From positions 18,943 through 82,942 of the forward strand of contig JAFYWB010000055.1 in assembly GCA_017549025.1 (NCBI GenBank): 64,000 nt of DNA, in the 5' to 3' direction. The notes under the pieces were generated by a model. The model was not told the DNA's origin. It worked only from the letters and a program-made list of their open reading frames with translations, and did not search any database. Below, in pieces: positions 38,340 to 46,963 of the stretch. The first letter of the stretch is position 1. Each line of letters opens with the position of its first letter. The position numbers and the translations under genes are program-made. This stretch comes from Treponema sp. (GTDB taxonomy: Bacteria > Spirochaetota > Spirochaetia > Treponematales > Treponemataceae).

Positions 38340-39902
38340 ATGGAAGCACAGTACAAGTATTATGATGAAGCACAAAAGATTAAGATTGTGGAGGTGGCCA
38401 TCCCTGAGCTGGACGGCAAGGAATACACCTATCTCATGACGGATGATTACCTTGCCTTGGCAAAGGAACTGCTACAGTTCGGCTTTAACGAAAAATTTGT
38501 GGAATCAGATTTCATCCCCAATCCTCACCTTTCTCCAGCAGTGCAAAAAGCTATGGAAGTAGCTGGGGCCACCTATTCTGTTACCTTCAGCCACGATGTC
38601 CATATCATGAACCATTATGTTCCTGGCATGGCACCTGAAATCTGCAATCTCACTCCCTTTGCCTGTCGCATTAAAACCTCTTGTCCGCCATTGCTCGTAA
38701 CGGTGGCCATGATGGATGCTGTACGACAGGTGGAATTCCTGCTGAATGCCCATGTTTCCCTAGAACAAGAAGATCGCCACGGCCGCACCGCCCTGATTGC
38801 TGCTGCCCAAATGAATGCCCTCAAAGCAGGCAAACTCCTCATTGCCCACGGAGCCTCTGTTGATATTCGTGATAGCTATGGCCTTACGCCCCTTACCGCT
38901 GCAGTCAGCATAAACGCATTGGATTTTGCCAAGCTCCTGCTGGACAATGGTGCCAAGGTAAATCGTTTCAGCACGGAAACCTCTCCCCTGCTGCTGGCAG
39001 CAAGCCGCAATTTTTGCCAGATGATTGAGCTTCTGCTAGACCGAGGAGCAGACATCAACATCACATCTCCCCATGGCTCCACTCCCCTGCTACAAGCCAT
39101 CGACCATTCTGCCCAGGAAGCAGCCTGCCTGCTGATAGAACGGGGCGCAAATATCCATGTGCAAGATAAGCGAGGCTACACGCCAGTTCGCCTTTTGGCT
39201 CGCAAGGGGCTTTCTTTGGTGCTGAGAAAGCTCATAGATGCAAAACTTCTTACCCAGCTAGACATGGAGACTGTACTGGCCTATGCCACCATCGGAGGCC
39301 AACTTTCCTTGGTAAAGCATCTGATTTATGAAAAAATGGATGTGAATTTTCAGGTAGAAGAAGGATTTTCCCTGTTAACCTTGGCGGTCATGGGCAACTA
39401 CAAAGACATCGTTCAATTTTTACTGGAACAGGGGGCAGACATGGAGCTACGGGACAAAATGGGATTGCGCCCTTTGGACCACGCAGAACGAGATGGCAGA
39501 GTGGAAATCCAGAAAATGCTGACGGAGCAATACAAGAAAAAGAATATCACTCCTCAACCAGCCTATGGACAAGATTACCAAGGTATGCTGAACCAGTTCA
39601 TAAAACGCCATCTGGCACAGCACCCAGAAAAGAAACGCTCAGATATCTGGAAGGGTACCACCAGTATTTCCAAGCAGCTTTTTTCCGACATCACCAAAAA
39701 GGAAGGCTACAAAACAAAGAAGGACAAGCTAGTAATTCTGGCTGCCCAGCTTCAGCTTTCGGTAGAAGAACTCAACCACTTGCTCAAGGTTGCAGGCTTT
39801 GGTCTTTCCCAAGCAGACGAGATTGAAAACAAAATCATCCACGCCTTTACCAGCAAGGACTACGCCAGCGTAGAGCAGCTCCTACTACCAAGCTCAACTT
39901 AG
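38340..39902 (+). CDS. Ankyrin-repeat protein with C-terminal HTH-like segment
   Basis: At least 7 ANK repeats (e.g. HGRTALIAAAQMNALKAGKLLIAHGASVDIRD, YGLTPLTAAVSINALDFAKLLLDNGAKVN). The C-terminus DKLVILAAQLQLSVEELNHLLKVAGFGLS resembles the tail of XRE-type HTH domains. Confidence 0.85.
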   Translation: MEAQYKYYDEAQKIKIVEVAIPELDGKEYTYLMTDDYLALAKELLQFGFNEKFVESDFIPNPHLSPAVQKAMEVAGATYSVTFSHDVHIMNHYVPGMAPEICNLTPFACRIKTSCPPLLVTVAMMDAVRQVEFLLNAHVSLEQEDRHGRTALIAAAQMNALKAGKLLIAHGASVDIRDSYGLTPLTAAVSINALDFAKLLLDNGAKVNRFSTETSPLLLAASRNFCQMIELLLDRGADINITSPHGSTPLLQAIDHSAQEAACLLIERGANIHVQDKRGYTPVRLLARKGLSLVLRKLIDAKLLTQLDMETVLAYATIGGQLSLVKHLIYEKMDVNFQVEEGFSLLTLAVMGNYKDIVQFLLEQGADMELRDKMGLRPLDHAERDGRVEIQKMLTEQYKKKNITPQPAYGQDYQGMLNQFIKRHLAQHPEKKRSDIWKGTTSISKQLFSDITKKEGYKTKKDKLVILAAQLQLSVEELNHLLKVAGFGLSQADEIENKIIHAFTSKDYASVEQLLLPSST

Positions 39903-39906
39903 CCTG

Positions 39907-40011
39907 TCAGCCTACCCGCTTATCGTACCACAACCTGACCGTCAGCCTACCCGCTTATCGTACCTGAATCTGACCCTCAGCCTACCCACTTATCGTACCT
40001 GAATCTGACCC
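39907..40011. repeat. 35-bp tandem repeat x3 spanning the 3' end of cobB
   Basis: Units at 39907-39941, 39942-39976 and 39977-40011: TCAGCCTACCC(G/A)CTTATCGTACC(TGAAT/ACAAC)CTGACC(C/G). Units 2 and 3 differ at 1 nt. Confidence 0.85.
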
Positions 40012-40727
40012 AGGACCTGACCAATTCCCTCAGAAATTACCAGCTGAGCCAGGGAGTCAGCGGAGGTGGGAGACTTGTTGATGAGGACAATGGTGTTGCC
40101 CCGGAAATAGTGGATGAGGGAGGCGGCGGGATACACGTTCAAGGAGGTGCCACCAATAATCAAGGTGTCTGCAGTGGCAATGGCATTCACCGCCCCTTCA
40201 ATAACATCGTTGTCCAAGCCTTCCTCGTAAAGCACCACGTCGGGCTTTACCATGCCGCCGCACTTTGGGCATACAGGAACAGCCGACTCCCCTTCCTTGC
40301 CGCTGTCCAAGATAAAGTTCACGTCATAGAAGGACCTGCACTTGATACAATTATTGCGAAGGACGCTACCGTGAAGCTCAAAAACCTTCTTGCTTCCGGC
40401 GGCCTGATGCAATCCATCGATATTTTGGGTTACCACGCCAGTCAATTTTCCTGCAGCTTCCAATTCAGCCAGCTTCAGGTGAGCCGCATTGGGTTTTGCA
40501 GAAAGACAAATCATCTTTTCTCGGTAAAATCGGTAAAATTCCCCGGTATTTTTCATAAAAAAACTGTGACTTAAAATCTGTTCTGGAGGATACTTCCATT
40601 TTTGGGCATACAGTCCATCCTGGGAACGAAAATCTGGAATTCCGCTTTCTGTAGACACTCCCGCCCCACCAAAAAATGCAATCCGCTTGCTGTTATCAAT
40701 AATTTTCTGTAAAGCTTCTATGCTCAT
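39990..40727 (-). CDS. cobB: NAD-dependent protein deacylase (sirtuin, CobB type)
   Basis: GAGVSTESGIPDFRS, TQNIDGLH, Zn ribbon CIKC...CPKCGG. 245 aa. Confidence 0.9.
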   Translation of the reverse strand: MSIEALQKIIDNSKRIAFFGGAGVSTESGIPDFRSQDGLYAQKWKYPPEQILSHSFFMKNTGEFYRFYREKMICLSAKPNAAHLKLAELEAAGKLTGVVTQNIDGLHQAAGSKKVFELHGSVLRNNCIKCRSFYDVNFILDSGKEGESAVPVCPKCGGMVKPDVVLYEEGLDNDVIEGAVNAIATADTLIIGGTSLNVYPAASLIHYFRGNTIVLINKSPTSADSLAQLVISEGIGQVLGQIQVR

Positions 40728-40814
40728 ACTATCCTCCCTCGTGAGTATATCAAGAGGAGCTTTCTAAGGCAAGCAAGGCTATTCTACTTGTTATTATAGG
40801 GTCTTTTTGCTATT

Positions 40815-42764
40815 ATGAAAATTATGACAACAACATCGAACATTCAAATTCTGTTGCGTTCCTATGCAACACATCAGAAAAGTGCCCAAGTAAATGTGGC
40901 GGAATTTTGTGACTATATAAAGAAATACGCTCAGCATCATGCAAGTGACCAGAGCGACTTGCTCCCTTATATCAACAATGCTCCTGAGCTAGTAAAAAAG
41001 GAATTAGATAAACTTGCCCAAGAGCGGCAGATTCTCTACGTAACTACAGATCCAGAAAACAAGGAAGTTATCGTTATTCCTTACTATATGGACAAGTGTA
41101 TTGCTGTCTATCAAAACATCAAGAAAAACCCTGCCATTCCCTATCCCTTTGATACAGATTTGCCTAAAAACACTCCCCTAGAGGCTTTGAAGCATGAATC
41201 TGCAGATGTGTATTTGGGAGAAACGCTGGGAAAAGATAGTATCAAGGAAAATGCTCTGTACTGCCTCCAGCTTCCCCGGGGCTTGCCTTCAATCCTTTGT
41301 CCCACCACCTTGCCCACCGAGGATTTACTGTCCATTGCTTTGTCCAAATTCCAGATGAGGCTGCAGAAGGACGAATTCCACGACTATTTCTTGAAAAAGC
41401 TGCAGGTGGCAAACCCCGGCAAGGATTTGACCGTTAAGAATTTTTTCAAAACAGTGGCACAAAAAAGCGAAGAAGCCCTTCGCTCCATCAAAAATGCCTC
41501 CGACACCTTCTACCAGTGGAACCAGCTGTGCTTCTTTGTTCGACAGGACTACGAAAAGGTAACGGACTTGACTGCAGAAGACATTTCTCTGCTGCAATCC
41601 ATCTACATTCTGGAATTCTGCGTTACCACCTATCGCAACAAAGCTCAGCAAAATCTGCAGAAGGAAACTGCCCTCAAAAACCTTGAACTGAACCTGAACA
41701 AGCCTCCTTATTATTTTACTCGGGAAAATATCAACATGTTCTCCGATTCCCGTGGAGTTCCTCTGTTGGGACAATATAGCGACAAGGATTTAAATGATTA
41801 CATCCAGAACGCCACCACAGAATCCGAGGACAATAAGCTTCCTCCCCTGCTGACCTTCAAGGGAATCAATAATACTCAAACCTACGTGCTTAAGGCTAAG
41901 GTGCTTCCTCTGATTGTCCGCCTGTGTACCGATGCTCGTGAAACCATCCGAGATCAAATCACCAAGGACTGCTTCAACGACCTGAAGAATTTTTCTTCTG
42001 TACCAGAAATGAAGAATCAGGAGCTTTTTGAAAAGACTCTGGAAAATGCAGTGAAAATCAAATCTCCCATTCTTTATGCCCTGTTGAATGCCCCCTTCCT
42101 AAAGGCATTGCAGTATGAAAGCCGAGGCATGACGGAGCTGGTAACTGGTCATATCCACCTGTTTACTGACGGAGAGCTTTCTCCCTACAGTGAACTTTTA
42201 ATGCTGTCCAAGGAGGAAATTCTCACTGACGCACGGATTTTGCTGCCCGTGTGGTACACCATTCCTGGTGTGTCTTGGCTGTTTGCTCTGTTCAAAGGAC
42301 AGCCCAAGCAGAAAAAACCCAAACCCTCCAAGCAGGCAACCCAAAAGAAAATGCTTTCCTCCGACGAAGCCGAAGTCTATGACGAGCCTTCACCTTTGTC
42401 AAACCAAGATATTGCCGCTGTATCTCGCAAAGAGGAGTTAAAGCAGGCAGCTTTGGAGGCAGAAAAGCATTATGTGCCCCAAGGCTCCACCATTGAGCGG
42501 GAGCTATCCTCCTACGAGCACGCCTGGAACAGAATGCTCAGCAAGCAGGCTCGTGACAATCTGACAGAGGACGTAAATTCCTTGATTCGTGACTATATGC
42601 GTAAGATTCTCCGTACTTTGCGGGCCAACAACTTTACTCCAGAAAGAATCAACAATTTGGCCACCACTCTGGTAAAGACTCCTGGCATGATGAAGATTCA
42701 AGACCAAGCTGAACTGCACATGTACGTTCAGCTATACATGGTAAAGCTCATTAAGGGACTGTAG
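40815..42764 (+). CDS. Hypothetical protein (649 aa) with one TM-like segment near residue 480 and a Lys-rich linker
   Basis: Long ORF with normal codon usage. ILLPVWYTIPGVSWLFALF followed by KGQPKQKKPKPSKQ. No family recognised. Confidence 0.6.
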   Translation: MKIMTTTSNIQILLRSYATHQKSAQVNVAEFCDYIKKYAQHHASDQSDLLPYINNAPELVKKELDKLAQERQILYVTTDPENKEVIVIPYYMDKCIAVYQNIKKNPAIPYPFDTDLPKNTPLEALKHESADVYLGETLGKDSIKENALYCLQLPRGLPSILCPTTLPTEDLLSIALSKFQMRLQKDEFHDYFLKKLQVANPGKDLTVKNFFKTVAQKSEEALRSIKNASDTFYQWNQLCFFVRQDYEKVTDLTAEDISLLQSIYILEFCVTTYRNKAQQNLQKETALKNLELNLNKPPYYFTRENINMFSDSRGVPLLGQYSDKDLNDYIQNATTESEDNKLPPLLTFKGINNTQTYVLKAKVLPLIVRLCTDARETIRDQITKDCFNDLKNFSSVPEMKNQELFEKTLENAVKIKSPILYALLNAPFLKALQYESRGMTELVTGHIHLFTDGELSPYSELLMLSKEEILTDARILLPVWYTIPGVSWLFALFKGQPKQKKPKPSKQATQKKMLSSDEAEVYDEPSPLSNQDIAAVSRKEELKQAALEAEKHYVPQGSTIERELSSYEHAWNRMLSKQARDNLTEDVNSLIRDYMRKILRTLRANNFTPERINNLATTLVKTPGMMKIQDQAELHMYVQLYMVKLIKGL

Positions 42765-42795
42765 TTTAAACTCTAAAATCTTAATTTATTCCAAA

Positions 42796-42830
42796 AGCGC
42801 CATCTAGTAAAAAAGATGGTGCTTTTTTTT
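42796..42830 (+). terminator. Rho-independent terminator
   Basis: GCGCCATCT / AGATGGTGC stem, then a T9 run. Confidence 0.65.
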
Positions 42831-43029
42831 TATTTTTTTTCGTTTCCGCTGGGAAAAATCGACAAAAATTCAATTTTTAAAGCGAATAATATATGTGTAG
42901 GACGTAACGCAGAAACAACCTAGAGGGGAGACCAGAGAATCCATTGCTCAGCCTAGGACAGCGGATGAACCTACCGCACCATGTAGCTACGGTGGCACCA
43001 ACAGACATTTTTCTCAAGGAGTTTTTTGT

Positions 43030-43500
43030 ATGGACGATTTTAACTCAATCGTATTGGAAGGAAATATTGTTCGTGATCCTGAATCTCGGGAAACCACCAA
43101 GGGTGTTCCCATCTGTATGTTCTCCATTGCAGTGAACAAAAATTATCGAACGAACCAAGGAGAACGGCGGCAGGAGGTTTCTTTCTTTGACATTGAAGCC
43201 TGGGGTGCCTTGGCTACCTCCTGTGCCAGCTACTGTACCAAAGGACGGGGGATTCGGGTAGTAGGCCGCCTGAAGCAAAACCGTTGGCAGGACACAGAAG
43301 GAAAGAATCATTCCAAAATAAAGATTGTGGCAGAGCATGTGGACTTTAAGCCTCGTTTTTCAACCCAGAAGGAAAATCCCCTTGCCACCAATGGTATTCC
43401 ACCCCTCCATCAGGAAATCACCGATTTGGCAGAGGCGGCCATGGCAAACAGTCTTTCTTTGGAAATGAAGCAGCCAGAGCTCTGTGAGGCCGTTTTCTAA
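43030..43500 (+). CDS. ssb: Single-stranded DNA-binding protein (OB fold), non-canonical C-terminal tip
   Basis: NSIVLEGNIVRDPESRETTKGVPICMFSIAVN...FFDIEAWGALA...GIRVVGRLKQNRWQDTEGKNHSKIKIVAEHVDF. AAGGAG RBS. The protein ends ...PELCEAVF. Confidence 0.85.
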   Translation: MDDFNSIVLEGNIVRDPESRETTKGVPICMFSIAVNKNYRTNQGERRQEVSFFDIEAWGALATSCASYCTKGRGIRVVGRLKQNRWQDTEGKNHSKIKIVAEHVDFKPRFSTQKENPLATNGIPPLHQEITDLAEAAMANSLSLEMKQPELCEAVF

Positions 43501-43505
43501 AAAAA

Positions 43506-43535
43506 GAGGGTGTATCCAAGCCCGGATACACCCTC
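43506..43535. terminator. Bidirectional terminator, 12-bp stem
   Basis: GAGGGTGTATCC-AAGCCC-GGATACACCCTC between convergent ssb and the U32 gene. An A-run precedes it and a T-rich tract follows. Confidence 0.75.
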
Positions 43536-43554
43536 CATTTCTGCTTTTGAAAGA

Positions 43555-45828
43555 TTATCGGCTTCGGGGCTTTCCACCGCCGTTTCTGCCGGGATGGGGC
43601 CGTCCGCCTCTACCAGACTTGGGATTCAGCGGTGCAAACCGACCTCCCCGTGGCCGAGCTTTTTCAGCAGCAGCAGCTTCCTGAGCACGGAGCGTAGCTG
43701 CCTTGTATTCATCCAGCTTTTCCTGGGAATAGAAGCCGTCCTTCCAGTTGAAGTTGCTGGTTTCTGGCAGCACCTGCTTTTTCAGCATGGCAGAAACAAT
43801 CTGCTTGAAATGCTTCTTCTGAACGTGGGTTTTGGACATGTCGATGAGGTAGCGGTTAAATCCAGCTGACTTCAGTACCTGTACCTTGTCCACAATGGAG
43901 AAGGGATTTTCAGGCATAACAAAGGATCCGTCGGGAGTAGACAGAGCCTTGAAGGTCATGCCCTCCTTGTCGCTGAAAAAGGTAAAGTCGTAGGAATCGG
44001 GCAATTTAAACCGCATTCGGAACAGAGCTGGATAAGCAAAAACTGGCACCAGCACGCGGCTTCTCACGTGGCTGTCAAAGGTGGACTCCAGGTTTTTGCG
44101 GGAATTCTCCAAGGGGCTAATAAAGGCACCAATATCCTGATTTTCAAGCCAGGAGGTTGCCCATCGGTTGAAGGTATACAGATAGGGGCCAGCAATTAGG
44201 TTGGTTCCCTTCCCCTTCAGCATGTTGATGTGAGCAAGATTGTTCACTACCCAGCCCTTAAAGCCCATTTCCACCAAGGTGTCCAGAGTGCTGGCCAATT
44301 CATCCTCCTGGGAAGCGGCACAGAATGGATCCAAGGAAATGAAAACCTGCTTCTTTGAGAAAGGAAGCACCACCTTCTTTTCCAGCAGATCACGCTTTGT
44401 CTCGGAGTTCAGCTCTAGAATAACCCGAACGGGAGACTCACCCTGCACAGCGAACAAATCTGCCACCGTAGAAACCTGAACGTACAGCCCCTCGGGGAAG
44501 TAAGAAAGCTCACCCTTGGCTACAGGAGTCAAATCCAAGATGGGCAGCTCCTGATTTCCAGGCTGGCGGCGGAAGGGAGACAGATTGTCAGGCAACACAT
44601 GCTTGTATCGCTTGGACATGGATTTTGTCTGCAGCAGGTACACTGGATCTCCAGAGGAAAATCCTTCTGGAATATCAATCCAACGGTGAGTATCCTCCTG
44701 CTCCACAGTTTTAATCTTGTGGCTGGAACGTCCTGTATCATCCTTTCGGTGCAAGCGGATAGAATCACCTGGGTCGGGATCGTAGCTTCCGCCTCGCAAA
44801 GTTGCCATGAAAACCGCAGGAGCTGGTTCCTCACCTTCTACCTGCTGCTGGGGCTTTATAGTACGAATCTTGTCCAGAGTACCAAGGTAGATTCCTGTTC
44901 CACCAGCCTGATGAGGATTCAGTACGTTTTCTGCCACCTTTTCATCTTCGGTTGCCTTAAAGTCATACCAGAAGGAGGTTTTTGCACGGGCAAAGTCCGT
45001 GGAAAGAATGCGCTGTCCCGTGGCGATGGCTCCCTTTTTGTCCTCCTGCCAGTGGTCAAGGACATAGCGGTAGGCAGCAGTTACGCTTCCTACGTACTCA
45101 GCACTTTTCATGCGGCCTTCAATCTTAAAGGAATCCACACCGGCCATTACCAAGTCAGGGATTTTTTCCACCAGCTGCAAGTCACCGGGAGAGAAGAAAT
45201 AGCCCTGCTCCAGATTATCGCTGCCTTCCGCTGTGTAAAAACGGCGACAAGCCTGAGTACACATACCACGGTTAGCGGACTTACCGCCAAGGTAGCTAGA
45301 AAAAAGACATAGACCAGATTCACTGACACAAAGGGCACCATGCACAAAGACCTCTAGCTCAGCAGAGGTGTTTTGACGAATGTGCTTGATTTCATCCAAG
45401 CCCAACTCGCGAGCCAGAACCACACGACTTACCCCCTGCTTGCTCAACAGGTTTACCGCTTTGGCACTAGCCACATTCATCTGGGTAGAAGAATGGATGG
45501 TAAGCTTTGGGAAGAATTCCTGAACCATGCGAATTACGCCAAAATCCTGAACGATAATTGCATCTGGGCCAATTTTTTCCAAATATGCCAAGAAACGATA
45601 GAGCCGCTCCATTTCCCGCTCTTCACTGACGGTATTAACGGTAACGAAAATCTTCTTTCCCTGACGATGAACTGACTGAACTGCTGCCTCGAACTGGTTC
45701 CACGCAAAATTGGTGGAACGAGATCGGGCGTTAAATGATTTTAATCCTAAATATACTGCATCGGCACCTTCACCGATGGCGGCGTCCAATGCTTCAACAT
45801 TGCCCGCCGGTGCTAATAATTCTGCCAT
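43555..45828 (-). CDS. U32-family protein (peptidase U32 / RlhA-TrhP-like), long form with Arg/Gly-rich C-terminal tail
   Basis: MAELLAPAGNVEALDAAIGEGADAVYLGLKSFNAR... is the U32 N-terminal signature. Cys motif region GALCVSESGLC...CTQACRR. The tail ends RPRGGRFAPLNPKSGRGGRPHPGRNGGGKPRSR. Confidence 0.85.
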   Translation of the reverse strand: MAELLAPAGNVEALDAAIGEGADAVYLGLKSFNARSRSTNFAWNQFEAAVQSVHRQGKKIFVTVNTVSEEREMERLYRFLAYLEKIGPDAIIVQDFGVIRMVQEFFPKLTIHSSTQMNVASAKAVNLLSKQGVSRVVLARELGLDEIKHIRQNTSAELEVFVHGALCVSESGLCLFSSYLGGKSANRGMCTQACRRFYTAEGSDNLEQGYFFSPGDLQLVEKIPDLVMAGVDSFKIEGRMKSAEYVGSVTAAYRYVLDHWQEDKKGAIATGQRILSTDFARAKTSFWYDFKATEDEKVAENVLNPHQAGGTGIYLGTLDKIRTIKPQQQVEGEEPAPAVFMATLRGGSYDPDPGDSIRLHRKDDTGRSSHKIKTVEQEDTHRWIDIPEGFSSGDPVYLLQTKSMSKRYKHVLPDNLSPFRRQPGNQELPILDLTPVAKGELSYFPEGLYVQVSTVADLFAVQGESPVRVILELNSETKRDLLEKKVVLPFSKKQVFISLDPFCAASQEDELASTLDTLVEMGFKGWVVNNLAHINMLKGKGTNLIAGPYLYTFNRWATSWLENQDIGAFISPLENSRKNLESTFDSHVRSRVLVPVFAYPALFRMRFKLPDSYDFTFFSDKEGMTFKALSTPDGSFVMPENPFSIVDKVQVLKSAGFNRYLIDMSKTHVQKKHFKQIVSAMLKKQVLPETSNFNWKDGFYSQEKLDEYKAATLRAQEAAAAEKARPRGGRFAPLNPKSGRGGRPHPGRNGGGKPRSR

Positions 45829-45928
45829 AATGCAAGAAGTATAGCACAAATGTCAATAAATGGTAAAGAATGCAATTAACAGAAGCAGCGCTGTTTACCA
45901 GCCCATTTCTCCAGTTGGTGTTTCCATC

Positions 45929-46963
45929 TTATTCAGCAGAGGAGTTTACAAACGATAAGAATTGAGGCGTAAATTCCTTCTTTAAGGTTGACTCCAAGGT
46001 ACGGTAGGCTCGTTGCACCGCCTCAGAATAAGAAACGTGGGCTTCTCGGCCATTCTTGGAGTAGGGGAAAAGTACCTTACCAGAAGCTTTTTCCACCAAA
46101 TCCACGTCAATAACAAAACGAGCGTACTCATATTTATTATCAAGCTGAAGCTGAGACATGGTCACCTTACCCTGAAACAGGTAGGCAGCACTAGTATCGG
46201 AAGAAGCAGCAGCCTTTAAGCCTAAGTCAGAAAGAATATCCTCAAGCACAGAAGCAATTCTTCCGTTGGAATCCCCTTCTACATCCACCGCCACCACAAT
46301 ATGTTCCTTCTGGCGAGCGGCCAAAACCTCCACCGCTTGAGCTGAACCATAATCCAAGGAAATCGAGTGGTACATACTGGAATTGATTCCAGCTAAGGTG
46401 TCCAGATACAACTGGTTTTCCTGAGCAGTCTCCACTGCATTTTGCAGAGCAGTAAGGGCAGCAAAGCTTCCTTTATTACGATCAGCAAATACAATCTCGC
46501 TTTCCACAACGGCGGTTAAGTCAGCAATCTTTTGGCGATAGTATTTTCCCGCCTCCTGACGATTCAGCAGAGCCAAGGTGTACACGGTACCGTTTTTTGC
46601 AATCCACGTCTGGGGAAAGGTAACACCAGGAATATCTTTAATAGAGGAAGCGGCAATCACAGTGCCTTCATAATCATAGTTAGTATTAAAGCCTGAGTTG
46701 TCATTTCCGTCAAAGGTTTTGCTGCTTTCTGTAGTAGCCACTACATTTTGCTGAATACTTCTTGCCAAAAGGGAAAGAGCATCACTTTCTGCATCCTTTT
46801 TGTTATCCCCACTTCCTACTGCCAACAAATATTCCTTTGAATTATAGGTAGATTCTGGCTCCGTTACCCACTCAGGAGCTACACTAGAAGCAGAGGCACA
46901 ACCTAATACAATCATTATCAACAAAACACAGGCAAATCCACCAACCAATTTTATTTTAGACAT
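45929..46963 (-). CDS. LPP20/FlgP-like lipoprotein
   Basis: Lipobox IVLGC. The segment EYLLAVGSGDNKKDAESDALSLLARSIQQNV is LPP20-like. Confidence 0.65.
   Translation of the reverse strand: MSKIKLVGGFACVLLIMIVLGCASASSVAPEWVTEPESTYNSKEYLLAVGSGDNKKDAESDALSLLARSIQQNVVATTESSKTFDGNDNSGFNTNYDYEGTVIAASSIKDIPGVTFPQTWIAKNGTVYTLALLNRQEAGKYYRQKIADLTAVVESEIVFADRNKGSFAALTALQNAVETAQENQLYLDTLAGINSSMYHSISLDYGSAQAVEVLAARQKEHIVVAVDVEGDSNGRIASVLEDILSDLGLKAAASSDTSAAYLFQGKVTMSQLQLDNKYEYARFVIDVDLVEKASGKVLFPYSKNGREAHVSYSEAVQRAYRTLESTLKKEFTPQFLSFVNSSAE

Noticed and set aside
39990-40727. The Sir2-family gene next to the island as a defence-type SIR2 NADase effector
   Set aside because: It is a compact 245-aa canonical sirtuin. 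It has the GAGVSTESGIPDFRS and QNIDGLH motifs and a Zn ribbon, no fused sensor or effector domain, and no partner gene. A housekeeping CobB is the simpler explanation.
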